Positions 34,914-54,715 of a stretch of 64,000 nt of DNA are shown here, one piece after another. The translations under genes were made by a program, and so were the position numbers. Each line of letters starts with the position of its first letter. Position 1 is the stretch's first letter. Source of the stretch: the human T2T-CHM13v2.0 reference genome, Homo sapiens. The notes under the pieces are model-generated. The model did no database searches, had not been told where the DNA came from, and worked only from the letters and a program-made list of their open reading frames with translations. The stretch is from NCBI RefSeq assembly GCF_009914755.1, contig NC_060935.1. One strand, written 5' to 3'.

Positions 34914-35556
34914 GGCCATCCTGGGATGGGGCACCACAGGGAGGGAGGGAGAAAAGAGGTGGGTAGGGTTACAGATCCAGGTTATAACTACTCTGGCCCA
35001 TACCTTTCCTGGTTGTGGTTTTTCATGCCCTCTACCATGTGGGCCTTCCCCAGGAGATGATCCTGTTAAGTGTTCGGCAGTAACCTACTTTGTTCCTTCG
35101 CCTCAGCAGCAAATCTTGCTACTGGCTCTAGATCTGCGGTTTCCCCTCTACCCTGCCTCCCGTCTCCCCAGAATGGGAATTTCTTTTATGTTTTTATTTT
35201 TTTCCTGGCTCCCTTTTATTTTTGTGCGCGATATTTAAGGTCGTCTGGATGGGGAAGCAACCTGCAGCTGAGGTCGCCGGCGCCTTTTTCTTTTTAGATG
35301 GGAAGGAGGCCAGGAAAGGGTCAGCTTAACCATTTCCTATGTGCCAAGCTGTGCCAGCAGTCCAGGGTACCCTGACTGTCCCTCTGTAGACTGTTGAGAC
35401 TGAGTTCCTGTTGGGACAGTCAGTTGGTATGTATCCAAGTCCCTGCTGACCACTAATGTTCTAGCTGATGGTGAGCGGCACAGTCCCACTTCCCCATCTC
35501 CCCAAGTAGGTGGTGTTAGAAAACCTTAATTTTTTTTCCCTTTTGTATGGACTACA

Positions 35557-35562
35557 AATAAA
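35557..35562 (+). terminator. RBM14 proximal polyadenylation signal AATAAA
   Basis: AATAAA about 640 nt after the stop, upstream U-rich tract and TGTA, downstream GU-rich sequence. Confidence 0.8.
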
Positions 35563-38039
35563 ACTTGGGGCAATTTGCAGTTTGGAAACCTGGTTGTCAT
35601 TGTCTTGATTGCATTCAGTGTCAAAGGAGCCAATTTGACATCCAGGAAGACATGATAGCTAAAGGGAAGGCAGTCAGAGAACCCAGGACTGGTGAGGAAA
35701 GGGGTTTGAATGTCGGAATTAGAAGGATTGCCCTGTGGCCCAGAAGGATTTAGCTCATCGTCGTCCTGCTAGCCTGCCATCTTTCAGACTTTCCAGGGCA
35801 GGTGGCCTGGTCCTCAGCCCTCAACTTGAGTTAGTCACACCAAAATGCAGTAAATGATGCCCATTTTCCTCTGCCTGTGCTTGACCATTTTCACTGACTT
35901 TTCTCCAGTTCAGGAATAACCTGTGTTCCAATGGGATGGTTCTGGGGTTTGGCCTCTTAGGAAGTGGGGAATGGGCTGCTGTGGTATTTACAGGCTAGTA
36001 GATCCTTTAGGCAGTAGGCTGGAATGAGTGCTGGGGCTGGGACCCAGAAAGGAACCAGTAGTGGAGTGGGGGTAATGGCGTTGCCTGATACTGCCCTATG
36101 GTTGGAATAAGGAAGGGCAGAGAAAACTTGAAGCAGGTATGGGGCATTCTGGCCATAGAGCTCGTATTTTGCCTGTTGAGCTGTACCATGGAGCATCCTC
36201 CTGTGTCCTGCCAACCCCTGCCATTATAGTCACCGGAGACTCCTTTACCTATCCCTATCTGTTAGGGTTTTCAGATGTCCTCTCGCTGGGTTTATATTTG
36301 AAGGTATAGAATCTGGGAAAGGGTGGGGTGCAAGCTAACCAAATAGGGATGCTAGGGTTGGGTGGGGAATTGAGGACTCTTCTGTGCTTTTATTGTAGGG
36401 CTGGGGATCGAGGATCTGGGCAAAAAATATGACATTTCCAACCAGGGACAAAATGGAGGCTTGGGCTTAGTGATGGGTAAATGGAAGACTGGTTGAGTGG
36501 GATGATAATGGGAGAACTTACTGATGCTCTTTTGGGAAAAGGTGCTTTAAAGACTCGATTTGGGAGCCTACTGGGGCAAGGCGACTGGGGAGGTGTACGT
36601 GTTAGTCAAGTGGAGGTCAGGTGGGTTATCTTCTGCCTCCTTCACTGGCTTCATGTGAACTTGCCTGTGACAGAATATCTTGCCCTAGATGTCCTCTTCC
36701 CTCTTGCCATCGTGCAAAAGCATTCGATCTTATGACCGTGAGTTCTTATTTGTGGATGCTAACTGGGGTAATCTCAGGGAGTACTGGGGCCATGGCTCTT
36801 TCCCTTGCTTCTCTTTCTGCTCACTGCTTTGCTTTCAGGTGCTTAGCTGCTCCTTTTTATTTCTTTGCAGGACTGGGAAAGCATGGGAGGAGGATTTTGA
36901 TAAGTTTCTTGTTCTCTGCGTGGTGATGGGGTGGTCTGAGGGCCAAGTTAATAAGCCTACCTTTGGTTATTACCCTGGAAAATTGAGGGTTGATGGTAGG
37001 GTTATGATTGTGGCCTGTGTATTTGCAATTTTTCTTTGTCAGTGTGGCTTTCTGTCATCTTCCTTTTTCTCCAGTGAGGGTTCTGCCACTGTCTCAATCC
37101 CTTGGTTCCTGCAAAAAACAGCTAAATGTGCTCTCAGGGCCAGTGGTGATGTTCTGTGTTGCAGCCCCAGCTCTTGAAAGTGACCTGGCCCAGATGAGCT
37201 CTGCCTGCTTGTCATCTTTAGGTCCTGCTGCCCCTGCTGCCTCAGCCCTCAGGCTCCTAACTGCTCAAGCCAGAAGGAGCTACAAAGCCAAATCATTTGT
37301 CATTTTTCTCTGGCAGATTGTTTTAAAATCTCCCTCCCCTCTTTTATTTTAATTATGCCACCTGTGTTAATCCTATAGCCTGCTTCTTTGCTTTGTGGAT
37401 TACTGATTTCAAGTTCTATAACTTGGGGAAAGTTAGGTTGAGTGAATGGGAGGACAGACACTGAATGTGTGTTTTGGAAAAATGGACTCTCTATCTTCAG
37501 ATTATTCAGCTTCTCCACCTATCACCTCTACAACTTGGCCTTCATTGGAGAAGTTTTAGTTGGCTTATTCCTGGAACAAGACCACCTAGAGGCTTTTAGC
37601 CTTGTCAGCCTGCCCTCTTCTGAGGTTTGGACCTTGTTTTAAATTGTGTGCATGGTGGGCTTGAGACTCTCTTGTAATGGAGGTAATGGGACTATCACTG
37701 AGGGGTTCAGCCTATCCAGGTAGGCTACCGTTCTAGTCATACCCATCACTTAAATTCTGCCACAGTCTGCACAGACGGTTGGTCCTCCAGGCATATTGTC
37801 CTATTAAGCCAAATAGGTGGACATCATGGGATGGATGAGGTCATCATGAAAACAGATTTACTGGATTTATGGACCTAGTATATACTATGTAACAGATGGA
37901 AAACTGAATTTTACAATCTATAGGTACCTTTGAAAGGTCATAAAGGGTAAAAGTCTATAGTTTTCCAGAAAATAATTCTTAAAACTGGGTTTTATGTCTA
38001 GATTTAAATCATGTATCTGTCTGTAGTGCTTCAAATGTG

Positions 38040-45630
<7,591 letters not shown>

Positions 45631-46439
45631 GTTGGGTTTTAAAACCCACTCTTTTTTTTCCCCCCCAAACTCTGACTTCACCTTTCTCTTTATGAAACCG
45701 TTCTCTTTTTGGGGCGGGGGTGGTGGTGAAGAAGCTGCTTTGGATGGTGGTGTGTGGTACTTGTGTCATCTTCACTCCTGATGATCCCTTTCCTCATAAA
45801 CTCTGCACTGCTTTTAGCCTGTTTTGTTCGTGTTATAAGTTCTTCCATCCAGTCCCTGCACTCCACCTTTTAACCCTTTTCAAAAGCTGCTTCGCAAAGG
45901 GTCTTGACTAAAGTTGCTTGCTTAATGAATATGAAGCAGCCTAAGGATGAGAGAAAACGAGGCAGCAGCTGGACCCTCTGGAGAATGTTACTTTGTATTT
46001 TGTTTACAGCTGGTTGTGACTAAGCTCTGTCCTCTAAAGTCGGTTCTAGGGGATTAAAACAGCTCTGGCTGATGGCGCCCAATAAAATAAAACAAAAAAA
46101 CCTTTGCTGCTCCAGTTTTTTCTCAGGGTGGGGTCGGGGTATACTTTAAATCTCCATGGTCTCAGAAAGGTTTCTTCATCGCGGACCCTGGGAGGCTGGT
46201 TCCCAGAGGGAACTTGTCCTCAGCGTCTCCTGGACAGTGCAGCCTCCTGCCGGGCCTACTTCTGGAAGGCCATTACAGAGGTCCTTTCACCACCTGTGAG
46301 AGGTTTGATTTTGGGGGAGCTCCGGGACTCTCAAGGCTACAGTGTGGACTGCTGGCCCAAGGAGAAGGTTGGTTTCCTGAAGTGGTGGGTGGTGGGTTGG
46401 GGGGGTCTTCGTTGTTTTTCTTCCCTGGCATGTGCCTGC

Positions 46440-47470
46440 ATAAGCTATTTCCACAGCGTCCTGGCCGCGAGGGGGGGTGGTGCTTGGGAGGTTAGAGGGA
46501 GACACCTAGAGTGAACGGCAAAATGGAGCGCGGAATACTGTCTGGCTGTGCACGTGGAGGTGGCGAAATGTGGAAGCTTAACGAAGTTGGCGCCATGAAG
46601 CTAAAGACTGCTACCCCGGGGCTCTAGCTCGCTCCGCCTAATGGCGGGCCGCACCCCGCCGGCGAAGCCCACGTTTGTAGGTCCGCCCTCACGCTGATCT
46701 CTTGCCCAATCAGCGAGTTCGGCTTCGCGAGGTTGGTGCCCATTGGCTTTCGCATAAAAGCTCCGAGGTTACAGACGTTTCCACCTCTTGCCGGCCTCTT
46801 AGGTAATTGGCGTCCGTGGTAACCAATCAGGAAGAGGATCTGCGGGAACGCCGGCCTTTTACTTTCTTGAGTGGCCAATCCGGTTGTAGGCTCACCTCCC
46901 CCTTCTACTCAGAGCACTGCTGCGGCCGCCGCCATTTTAGCGTTTTGTCAGAAGCGTCCGCGCCGCGAGGAGGAGGCCCTGCTGGTTTCTGTGCGGGTGA
47001 GACTCCGAGCCTTTCCACTGCCTTTCTTGTACTGTGTTAAATCTTCTCTCACTCCCTTGGGCTTCGGGGGTGTCCTGGTAGGTCCGCAGTCTCCACACCC
47101 GTCACTGAGAGCCGACCTCGGTCCTCGGCATTGCGCGGTAAGCCGGGAGCAGCCCTTCCCCCACCGCCCCCTGAGAATACCTTGCTTTTTTTCGCCCACC
47201 CTGTCCCGCGCCCGACATGGCTGCTCTTGGAGCCTCGAGATTTCCACTGGGATAACCCCCTTTCCCTTATATCTGACAGTTACATTCTCGTTTCGGGAAT
47301 TTCTCGGGCCGTGAGACATCGTCTGGTTAATGAATCTGAAGCTCTTTTCCGCGGCCGCGCATTTCAGTGTTCGGCAGGAGCTAGGACGGTGCCCCGAGAG
47401 AGGCGTTCACCACTCCAGTATTTCCTTTATCTCCCACTCCTCGCTGTCTGATCCGAGTCGCGCGTTCATT
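46440..47470 (+). promoter_or_regulatory. RBM4 CpG-island promoter with five CCAAT boxes and a YY1-type site
   Basis: CCAAT/ATTGG at 46706, 46742, 46806, 46823 and 46875. CCGCCATTTT at 46929-46938. E-box CACGTG at 46551. Confidence 0.85.
46931..46996 (+). other. RBM4: RBM4 non-coding exon 1 (start approximate)
   Basis: Follows the CCAAT cluster and initiator-like GCCATTTT; ends at donor CGG|GTGAGA (46997). Confidence 0.7.
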
Positions 47471-47955
47471 ACTTCCAAAGGAAACTCAAATGTAGCTATT
47501 ACAAGGCCCATTTTCCCGGAAATGATGGCTGCTTTGGTTCCTACGTGAGGAAAAGCCTGTTGATAATTTCAGGCAGGCAGTCAGCAAGCCTAGTAGACTT
47601 TTGTTTTCTGTTGTCCTCCTAGTGGATAGAAAAGCCTAGTACCCCCATTTCTTCATATGCTGTCTTTCATGCCCATTTCTGTTGGAAGGTATCGGTTCTT
47701 ACCAAACCCTTTGTCTACTAAGGACCTCCCTATTGCAGACGTCTTCTTATTCTTACAGGTTCATGGCGGCTACTATAGCAGGCCTTAGTTCACTCCCACT
47801 TCCATTTGATTATTGTGTGGAGGTGTGTGTGCAGGCGTGTGAGAGAGAAAACTGGAAATATACATTAGAGTGAAAGTCGTTGTCTTTTGTGAACGGATGT
47901 GGGCCTGAGGTCTTTTGTCAGATGTCTTGTTTTTCTCTCCCAGGCTCTTGTCAGG

Positions 47956-48367
47956 ATGGTGAAGCTGTTCATCGGAAACCTGCCCCGGGAGGCTACAGAG
48001 CAGGAGATTCGCTCACTCTTCGAGCAGTATGGGAAGGTGCTGGAATGTGACATCATTAAGAATTACGGCTTTGTGCACATAGAAGACAAGACGGCAGCTG
48101 AGGATGCCATACGCAACCTGCACCATTACAAGCTTCATGGGGTGAACATCAACGTGGAAGCCAGCAAGAATAAGAGCAAAACCTCAACAAAGTTGCATGT
48201 GGGCAACATCAGTCCCACCTGCACCAATAAGGAGCTTCGAGCCAAGTTTGAGGAGTATGGTCCGGTCATCGAATGTGACATCGTGAAAGATTATGCCTTC
48301 GTACACATGGAGCGGGCAGAGGATGCAGTGGAGGCCATCAGGGGCCTTGATAACACAGAGTTTCAAG
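47956..48367 (+). CDS. RBM4: RBM4 (LARK) exon 2 coding part: RRM1 and most of RRM2
   Basis: Exon starts at 47944 after the acceptor; aggATGG at 47956, [28 protein letters not shown]...DNTEFQ, donor GTGAAC at 48368. 412+683 = 1095 nt = 364 aa + stop. Confidence 0.97.
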
Positions 48368-49144
48368 GTGAACCACCCTCTTTGGGTAGAGGGCTGAACA
48401 CAAGGCTGTGTGCAGAAAATGGTTGGATAAGTAAAAGGAGAGGTTTGGTAAAGATAACAGCTGTTGGCTGGCTGGTGATGAAGAAATAAGTGTGGGTGAT
48501 GGACTTCTTATGATGTAGAATGCATGGGACTTAGGGGCTTTACCTTAGGCAAATGTCTCCTGGAGAAAAGCCACTCACCTTTTATTTGGAGCCCCTACGG
48601 CTTTTGTGCTTATCAGTGCAGAAACCCTTTTCTTTGAAGGCTTTCTGAGTTACTGGGCCTTTTTTATTTTTTATTTTTTTGTAGTAGAGCACAGTTCAGA
48701 GTTCCTCACTCTGAATTTATTGCCCTCAGCACAGGATCAGAATTCTGCATTTTACGTGAAGAACCTCTCAAAAACATGTCAAGCGACACTTATAGGACCA
48801 GAATCCTTGTTAAGCTGTCCTACCTGACACAAACTCTTTAAAGGGTTACAGCTCTTGTTGCTTTTATATTATACCTGTACCAAGGGATTGTATTTTGAGT
48901 TTAAGGCCACTCTAGAATTACAAGGCTGATTTTAGGACTTCCTGGGGAGGAGGCACTGGGGTTTTAGGGGCGGTAATGACTGTCTTTTCATTGGTTTGGG
49001 GGGCTGGACTTTATAAGATTTTGGTGAATAGAGCACTTAGATTTGTGTTATCTTGGAGTCTTAACCAAATGAATCTTTTGTGCCTGGAGGGCAGCATGGG
49101 TGATATGTGGATTGTCACTTCATTTGGAAGCATCTCAAATCCCC

Positions 49145-49265
49145 AGCATTTTGAATGCCTACATGTTGCTCAAAGGAAATGCTTGTTAGAGCATTTTGGA
49201 TTTTGAATTTTCAGATTTGGGATGCTAAAATGGTACGTAGAACGCAAATATTCCAAAATCTGAGG
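49145..49265. mobile_element. Tigger4a/MER46-like DNA transposon fragment
   Basis: acatgttgctcaaaggaaatgct...gagcattttggattttgaattttcagatttgggatgct...gcaaatattccaaaatctga. Confidence 0.75.
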
Positions 49266-51693
49266 TCTGAAGCAACAGTGGCAGTTCAGGGGTGGTGATC
49301 ATGGTGAGTTGCTATCTGAACTCTTCTTTCACCTCCTTTGGGTTCCCAGTGTCAAAAAGAGTGGTGTCCTTTTTTAGCTTAATTAAGCAGGACTGAACAA
49401 AAATAATAAAAAATAAAAAAAGCCTTATTCAAATTATGGAGTATTTCCGTGACTCCTTGCTATATTTCAAACCTGTGTTCTGACAGTGTAGTTTGCCGAT
49501 TCTTTTTCTGGGTACTACCTTTGTTAAGAGTCATTGCTGCCTTTGGCGTCCATTTCCCTTAAATTGGGCTTTTTTAGAGCTGAGAGTCTGATCATTATTT
49601 CCCCTAGTAATGGGTGCCCTGTGTCATGGGCATTGCTGTGCGTTAGTAAAGAAAAGTGACACAGGTCTCTCAGGTCTAGTTTGCTTTCTTTTTTTTAATT
49701 GGCAAGTTGAGAATTATTTTGTCAACAACTTAATTGAGAGCAAAGGTTGCTCTTGTGGAGGGTTTATGGTGTGATACCTAATTTTTGGACTGTTTCCCAC
49801 ACTTCAGCCCAGTCAGAAGAGGTGGTGTCTGCTTGTAGCAGTTAGGTTTAAGGAGAGGACAGTGTGGTCTTGATTCAGGACAAATTATCCTTATATAAAA
49901 CTCTGGGTGTCTGAACCCTAGGTCCCCTGACACTAACCTATGCTTAGTTATTTTTACCTTATTTTATGTAATATTGGCGTTTCTCATTTCTTAATACTGT
50001 TCTGGTAGAATTATAGATGTATATTGATGAGCAGTAGTTATTAGGGTGGTCTTTTTTCCTTTCCGTTTCTCAGTGTTGGGTATCTTCTCTATTGCTTGCC
50101 CACTTAAAATCTCTTTTAGATATTTTTTAAAATTTAACTTCTTTTTCTGGCGTTAGAACCAACAGATCCTTAGATTAAGGCGTTTATTAATGATCTTTAT
50201 GTCTGGAATGTGCATAGTTGCTTGCTTAGTTGCACTTGTTTTCTCTGGTTTTGTTAGGTGCCAAAGTGGCCCCCTGGGCAAATGCCAGAGACAAGCTAGC
50301 ACTTTAAGGCACTTAAGTGCATAATTGCATATCTACTCTCTTTTAATAACCTGCAACCTAAACTTCCAGCTGTGTAGACCTCCTTGATATTTTGTTCCTT
50401 CCACCCCCGTTTCCCTATTGTGTTTTCTGGTCTCCCAGAATCTAACATTAATTTTGCAAGGAAAATTGTGTGTTTACCACTTTCTCTAATGTTAGAGGAT
50501 CCATTTGTTGACTCTCCCTTGCTTTTGACCATTTACTCCTTTGACAGGTGTATGTTTAGGTGCATCATAACCAATTGCATTGGGAAGTTTTTGCAGGATT
50601 TGGATCTCTTCTGAATTTTGCTTACCAGTAAGCTGGTAGATCATGTTAGGTAGAAATTGCTTCTGTAGAGACTTACTAAAACTTAGTTTTAACTTTTCTA
50701 GAAAAGTTTCTGCTTTTATTACATTTTCAGAAGTAATACTTTTCATTTCCAGAATGCAAATTTTAATTTTCAGGAAAAATATTAGGTGTATGTTCTTAGT
50801 TACGCTCTCAGATATGTAGTTGCAGGAGAAGTACTTTAATTCTGCTTAAACTGAGCAGTTTGGTCCACTGACTAGTATAACTAGTTATTCTCCACTTTCC
50901 TCAGGCACGTTTTCTTCCATGTTTTTTACAGTATTCTAAAATTTCAGGCATTTGAGAACAATCTGTCCTGTTTTTGCCCTGTTTGCCTTTGACCCTAGTA
51001 GAGGGTCACTAAAATTAACTGTCAGATTGTAAAGAATCCTCGTTAAAGCAATGATCAGAACCAGCAGTTTAAAGGGCCCAGTTAAGGGAGAAGTCTGTCC
51101 TTCAACTTGTTGTGCCCCTCTGTCTCCCCAGTTCATGAGGGTTTTTCCAGAGATGTACCTTGAGATTTGCTTGCCACATTCAGCTGTGGATTGAGTCTAG
51201 ATCATTCTTTAATAGTGGTAATCATTGGAGTCTTTTATTCGGTTCTTTTAAATTTTTTGAGGAGGGTGGAGAACTGGCCTTTACTTATATTCCTTTGCTT
51301 AATGAAAATCCATCTTGCTAGTAAGGATTGGAGGTGTCAGAAAAGACTTGGGCACTGTTTCTTACTTTGACTTCTTTTGACTTTGAGCCGCTGTTTGGAG
51401 ATGATTTTTACCTGTTTGGAGATGATTGGAGCAAGAGTAGTTTATTTCTTAAGCATTTAAACTGTTGTTATAGCTGAAATATTTCTTCATCTAAGTGGTC
51501 TTTTCCTGAAATCAGGTCATTATACTGAATCTATATGTTGAGTCTTTTTTTTTTTTCCTTTTTATCTTTTCCTAAAGATGAGTCCTGCATTAGAATTGTC
51601 TAGATAAAGCCATTGCTATGACCAGTGTCTGGGGTAGGGGCTGGGGCTATGACTAAGAGTGATAGCAACCCTTCTTGCGTCTGTTTCTTCAAG

Positions 51694-52376
51694 GCAAACG
51701 AATGCACGTGCAGTTGTCCACCAGCCGGCTTAGGACTGCGCCCGGGATGGGAGACCAGAGCGGCTGCTATCGGTGCGGGAAAGAGGGGCACTGGTCCAAA
51801 GAGTGTCCGATAGATCGTTCAGGCCGCGTGGCAGACTTGACCGAGCAATATAATGAGCAATACGGAGCAGTGCGTACGCCTTACACCATGAGCTATGGGG
51901 ATTCATTGTATTACAACAACGCGTACGGAGCGCTCGATGCCTACTACAAGCGCTGCCGTGCTGCCCGGTCCTATGAGGCAGTGGCAGCTGCAGCTGCCTC
52001 CGTGTATAATTACGCAGAGCAGACCCTGTCCCAGCTGCCACAAGTCCAGAATACAGCCATGGCCAGTCACCTCACCTCCACCTCTCTCGATCCCTACGAT
52101 AGACACCTGTTGCCGACCTCAGGAGCTGCTGCCACAGCTGCTGCTGCAGCAGCAGCCGCTGCTGCTGTTACTGCAGCTTCCACTTCATATTACGGGCGGG
52201 ATCGGAGCCCCCTGCGTCGCGCTACAGCCCCAGTCCCCACTGTTGGAGAGGGCTACGGTTACGGGCATGAGAGTGAGTTGTCCCAAGCTTCAGCAGCCGC
52301 GCGGAATTCTCTGTACGACATGGCCCGGTATGAGCGGGAGCAGTATGCCGATCGGGCGCGGTACTCAGCCTTTTAA
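51694..52376 (+). CDS. RBM4: RBM4 exon 3: CCHC zinc knuckle and Ala-rich C-terminal domain
   Basis: ttcaag acceptor, [27 protein letters not shown] at 51765-51806, poly-Ala runs, RDRSP, ends ARYSAF TAA. Donor GAG|GTGAGA at 52385. Confidence 0.97.
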
Positions 52377-54270
52377 AGCTTGAGGTGAGAGGGGTGGGGT
52401 GTTCCCTCTTCTGGTTTTGCCATCCCTCCTGCAGCCTAAAGGGCTCCAATTAGGCTGCCCTGCTTGCTTGCTTGCTTTTGCAGGGTTAGGGGAAGGTTAC
52501 TAGGATGGCTCACAGGCTAGAGAGAAGTCCTAACTGCTTAACTTTAAAATACATAGAGTTCCTTGGCCCTCATGGCTATTTTTCAGGGCTTCTGGTAGTG
52601 GGAGTCAATTTGATTCTATTTGTGCCTAGAAAAATAAAGAATGATGTGCTGGTGAATCTTGGGTCACCTATGTACTATACTATAATTGAACCTTACCTGG
52701 GGACCCACACGTTCAGGCTCAGGTGTTTTGTTTCTTAGAGCCTTTGTTAAGTTTCCTACGTGTGCGACATTCCTAAGGTCTTCAAGTTTCCTATTCTGTT
52801 TTGTGCTGTGTGAAAGTTCTGATATGACCCCTGATGATAAAGTCCATAACTGTAGTTAACTGGTCATCACTGCTCAGGTCCCAGTTACTAAGAAGACTAC
52901 CAAAATGGCATCATCTTAATCTTGAAGCGTATTTCTGACATTCCTGAACCGTTCAACCCTTATGAGTTTTATAGAACTTATTTGATGGTAAGTTGGGGTA
53001 GAGAGAAATACAAAACTTATCTTTTATAAAGTTCCACAAGGAAGTCTGGGCATAGATGCTAACACTCACCTTCTCTGCCCAGCTCAGATTTATTCCCTGA
53101 ATAGAGTGCCCACTCCATTGCTATATCTTTCAGTCTGTCCTATAACAGCCCAGCCTGTCACTTACTTAGGGTTTTTTTTTTTTTTAAGTAACTATTCCCA
53201 CAGTTCTAGTTTTGACATCATCTACTTTCTCAGGGTATATGTTTTAAGAATGCAGGCACACCTGTTAATTTTACTCCTTTGGTAATGTTGAAATCCAGGG
53301 TTGGGAGCTTTGCCATAAGCAAATCACTCCCTTCTTCATCTTCTCACTAGCTGTTTTGGGCATTTAATACTCTTGAGCCAGCAGCTCTACCCTGAGTCCG
53401 CTGGCTTTTTCCACTGTCATACATTTTGAGCCCCATGATCCATTTGGCTCTCCTTGAATATATTCTCTTCTGATACTTGCCAGCTTTGGGCTCTAGGTGT
53501 TTGAGATTATTGTTGTACTTAAGGGTAAATCTCAATGCCCTTAGTTTTGAATAGCTCCCAGTATGTCCCACACATTACCATTGATCCTTAATTATAGTAA
53601 CTGTGTGAGTGATAGATAACTGTCATCTTTGCAGTTAGGGCAGAAGGTATGTGGCTTTCCCAGGGTCATTGGGTAGGCAGTCACTGATTGGGCTGGAAAA
53701 GAGACTTGATGTGTAGCTTATACATGCCCTTCTGCACCTTCTTTCCAAAGTTAGTTTCTTCCCTAGTTGGAATTGGATGTCCTCAGGTCTTAAAACTTGT
53801 GCAGTTGATGCTACTTCTATCTAGACTTTGAATGATTTTTAACTCGGACCTTGGCAGTAACTCCTAGATAGAAAATACTGTTAATTTTTTTTTTTTAAAC
53901 CTCAGGGAGCTAATTGGAACCTTTCCATTTTTCCTATCCTCTGCTGACAGCTTGTGATGTGGAATTACCTTCTCTGAGGAATGCTAATGTTAACATCATC
54001 AAGAGCAAGGAATGTCTCTTTGCCTACTTTTATGAAACAAGATTTGCTATTAATTTAAGACCTTAGTCTGAGGTTGTTTAGCCTCCCCAGTTACTCTCTG
54101 GCCTTCAAGCTCTTTTCATTGTTAGAGATTACTGTGATACTGGGGGAGAAGGGTACAAGTAAACTTAAAAGGAGTGTCAAGTTATCAGACTTTGTAAAGA
54201 TGTTGAAGTTTTAAATGGGAAAGCCCTTTTGAGCTTTGCTGTAAAGCCGCTGTATTGTGCTCTCTTTCAG

Positions 54271-54715
54271 GTGGGATGTGTGTGGGCTGAAATTCCGAGC
54301 TGCGGTTGTGCATGAGAATACACCCTTCGTGGTACCCCATCTCCGGGACGTTCTCGGCTCTGTGCGTTCAGTCCCTCAGGAACCGTGGACCTTAATTTAC
54401 CTTGCTAAGTTCAGACCTTCTCTTCCTTTCCTTTCCTTTCCTCTCCTGCCCATTTTCCTGTTCTTCTGTCCTTCAATACTTCTGTAGCTTCCCATTCATG
54501 TTCTCTTCTCCCAGCAGGCCTCATTGTGTGCAGAAACTGTGGTGGGGGCTGTGCTGTCTCCTCCCTGCCTCCTGCCTCCTGCGGCTGTTGGATTTGGGAA
54601 TGACCTTGGTGAGAGTCTCACTGCTCCAGGGTCTCTTTTTGGTCCAAAGGCTAGACCTATAGAGTTGGATCACTTTTTTTCTTTCCGGTGAAATAAATGG
54701 TTTTTCAACTTAGGG
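54271..54715 (+). other. RBM4: RBM4 terminal 3'UTR exon 4 (end approximate)
   Basis: Strong acceptor tctctttcag|G at 54270/54271, AATAAA at 54692-54697, downstream GU-rich element. Confidence 0.85.
54692..54697 (+). terminator. RBM4 polyadenylation signal AATAAA
   Basis: Canonical hexamer followed by ggtatgtgtgcttt. Confidence 0.85.

Noticed and set aside
36621-37352. Overlapping 101-162 aa hydrophobic ORFs downstream of RBM14
   Set aside because: T/G-rich UTR-like sequence, no recognisable domain, mostly non-ATG or poor starts.
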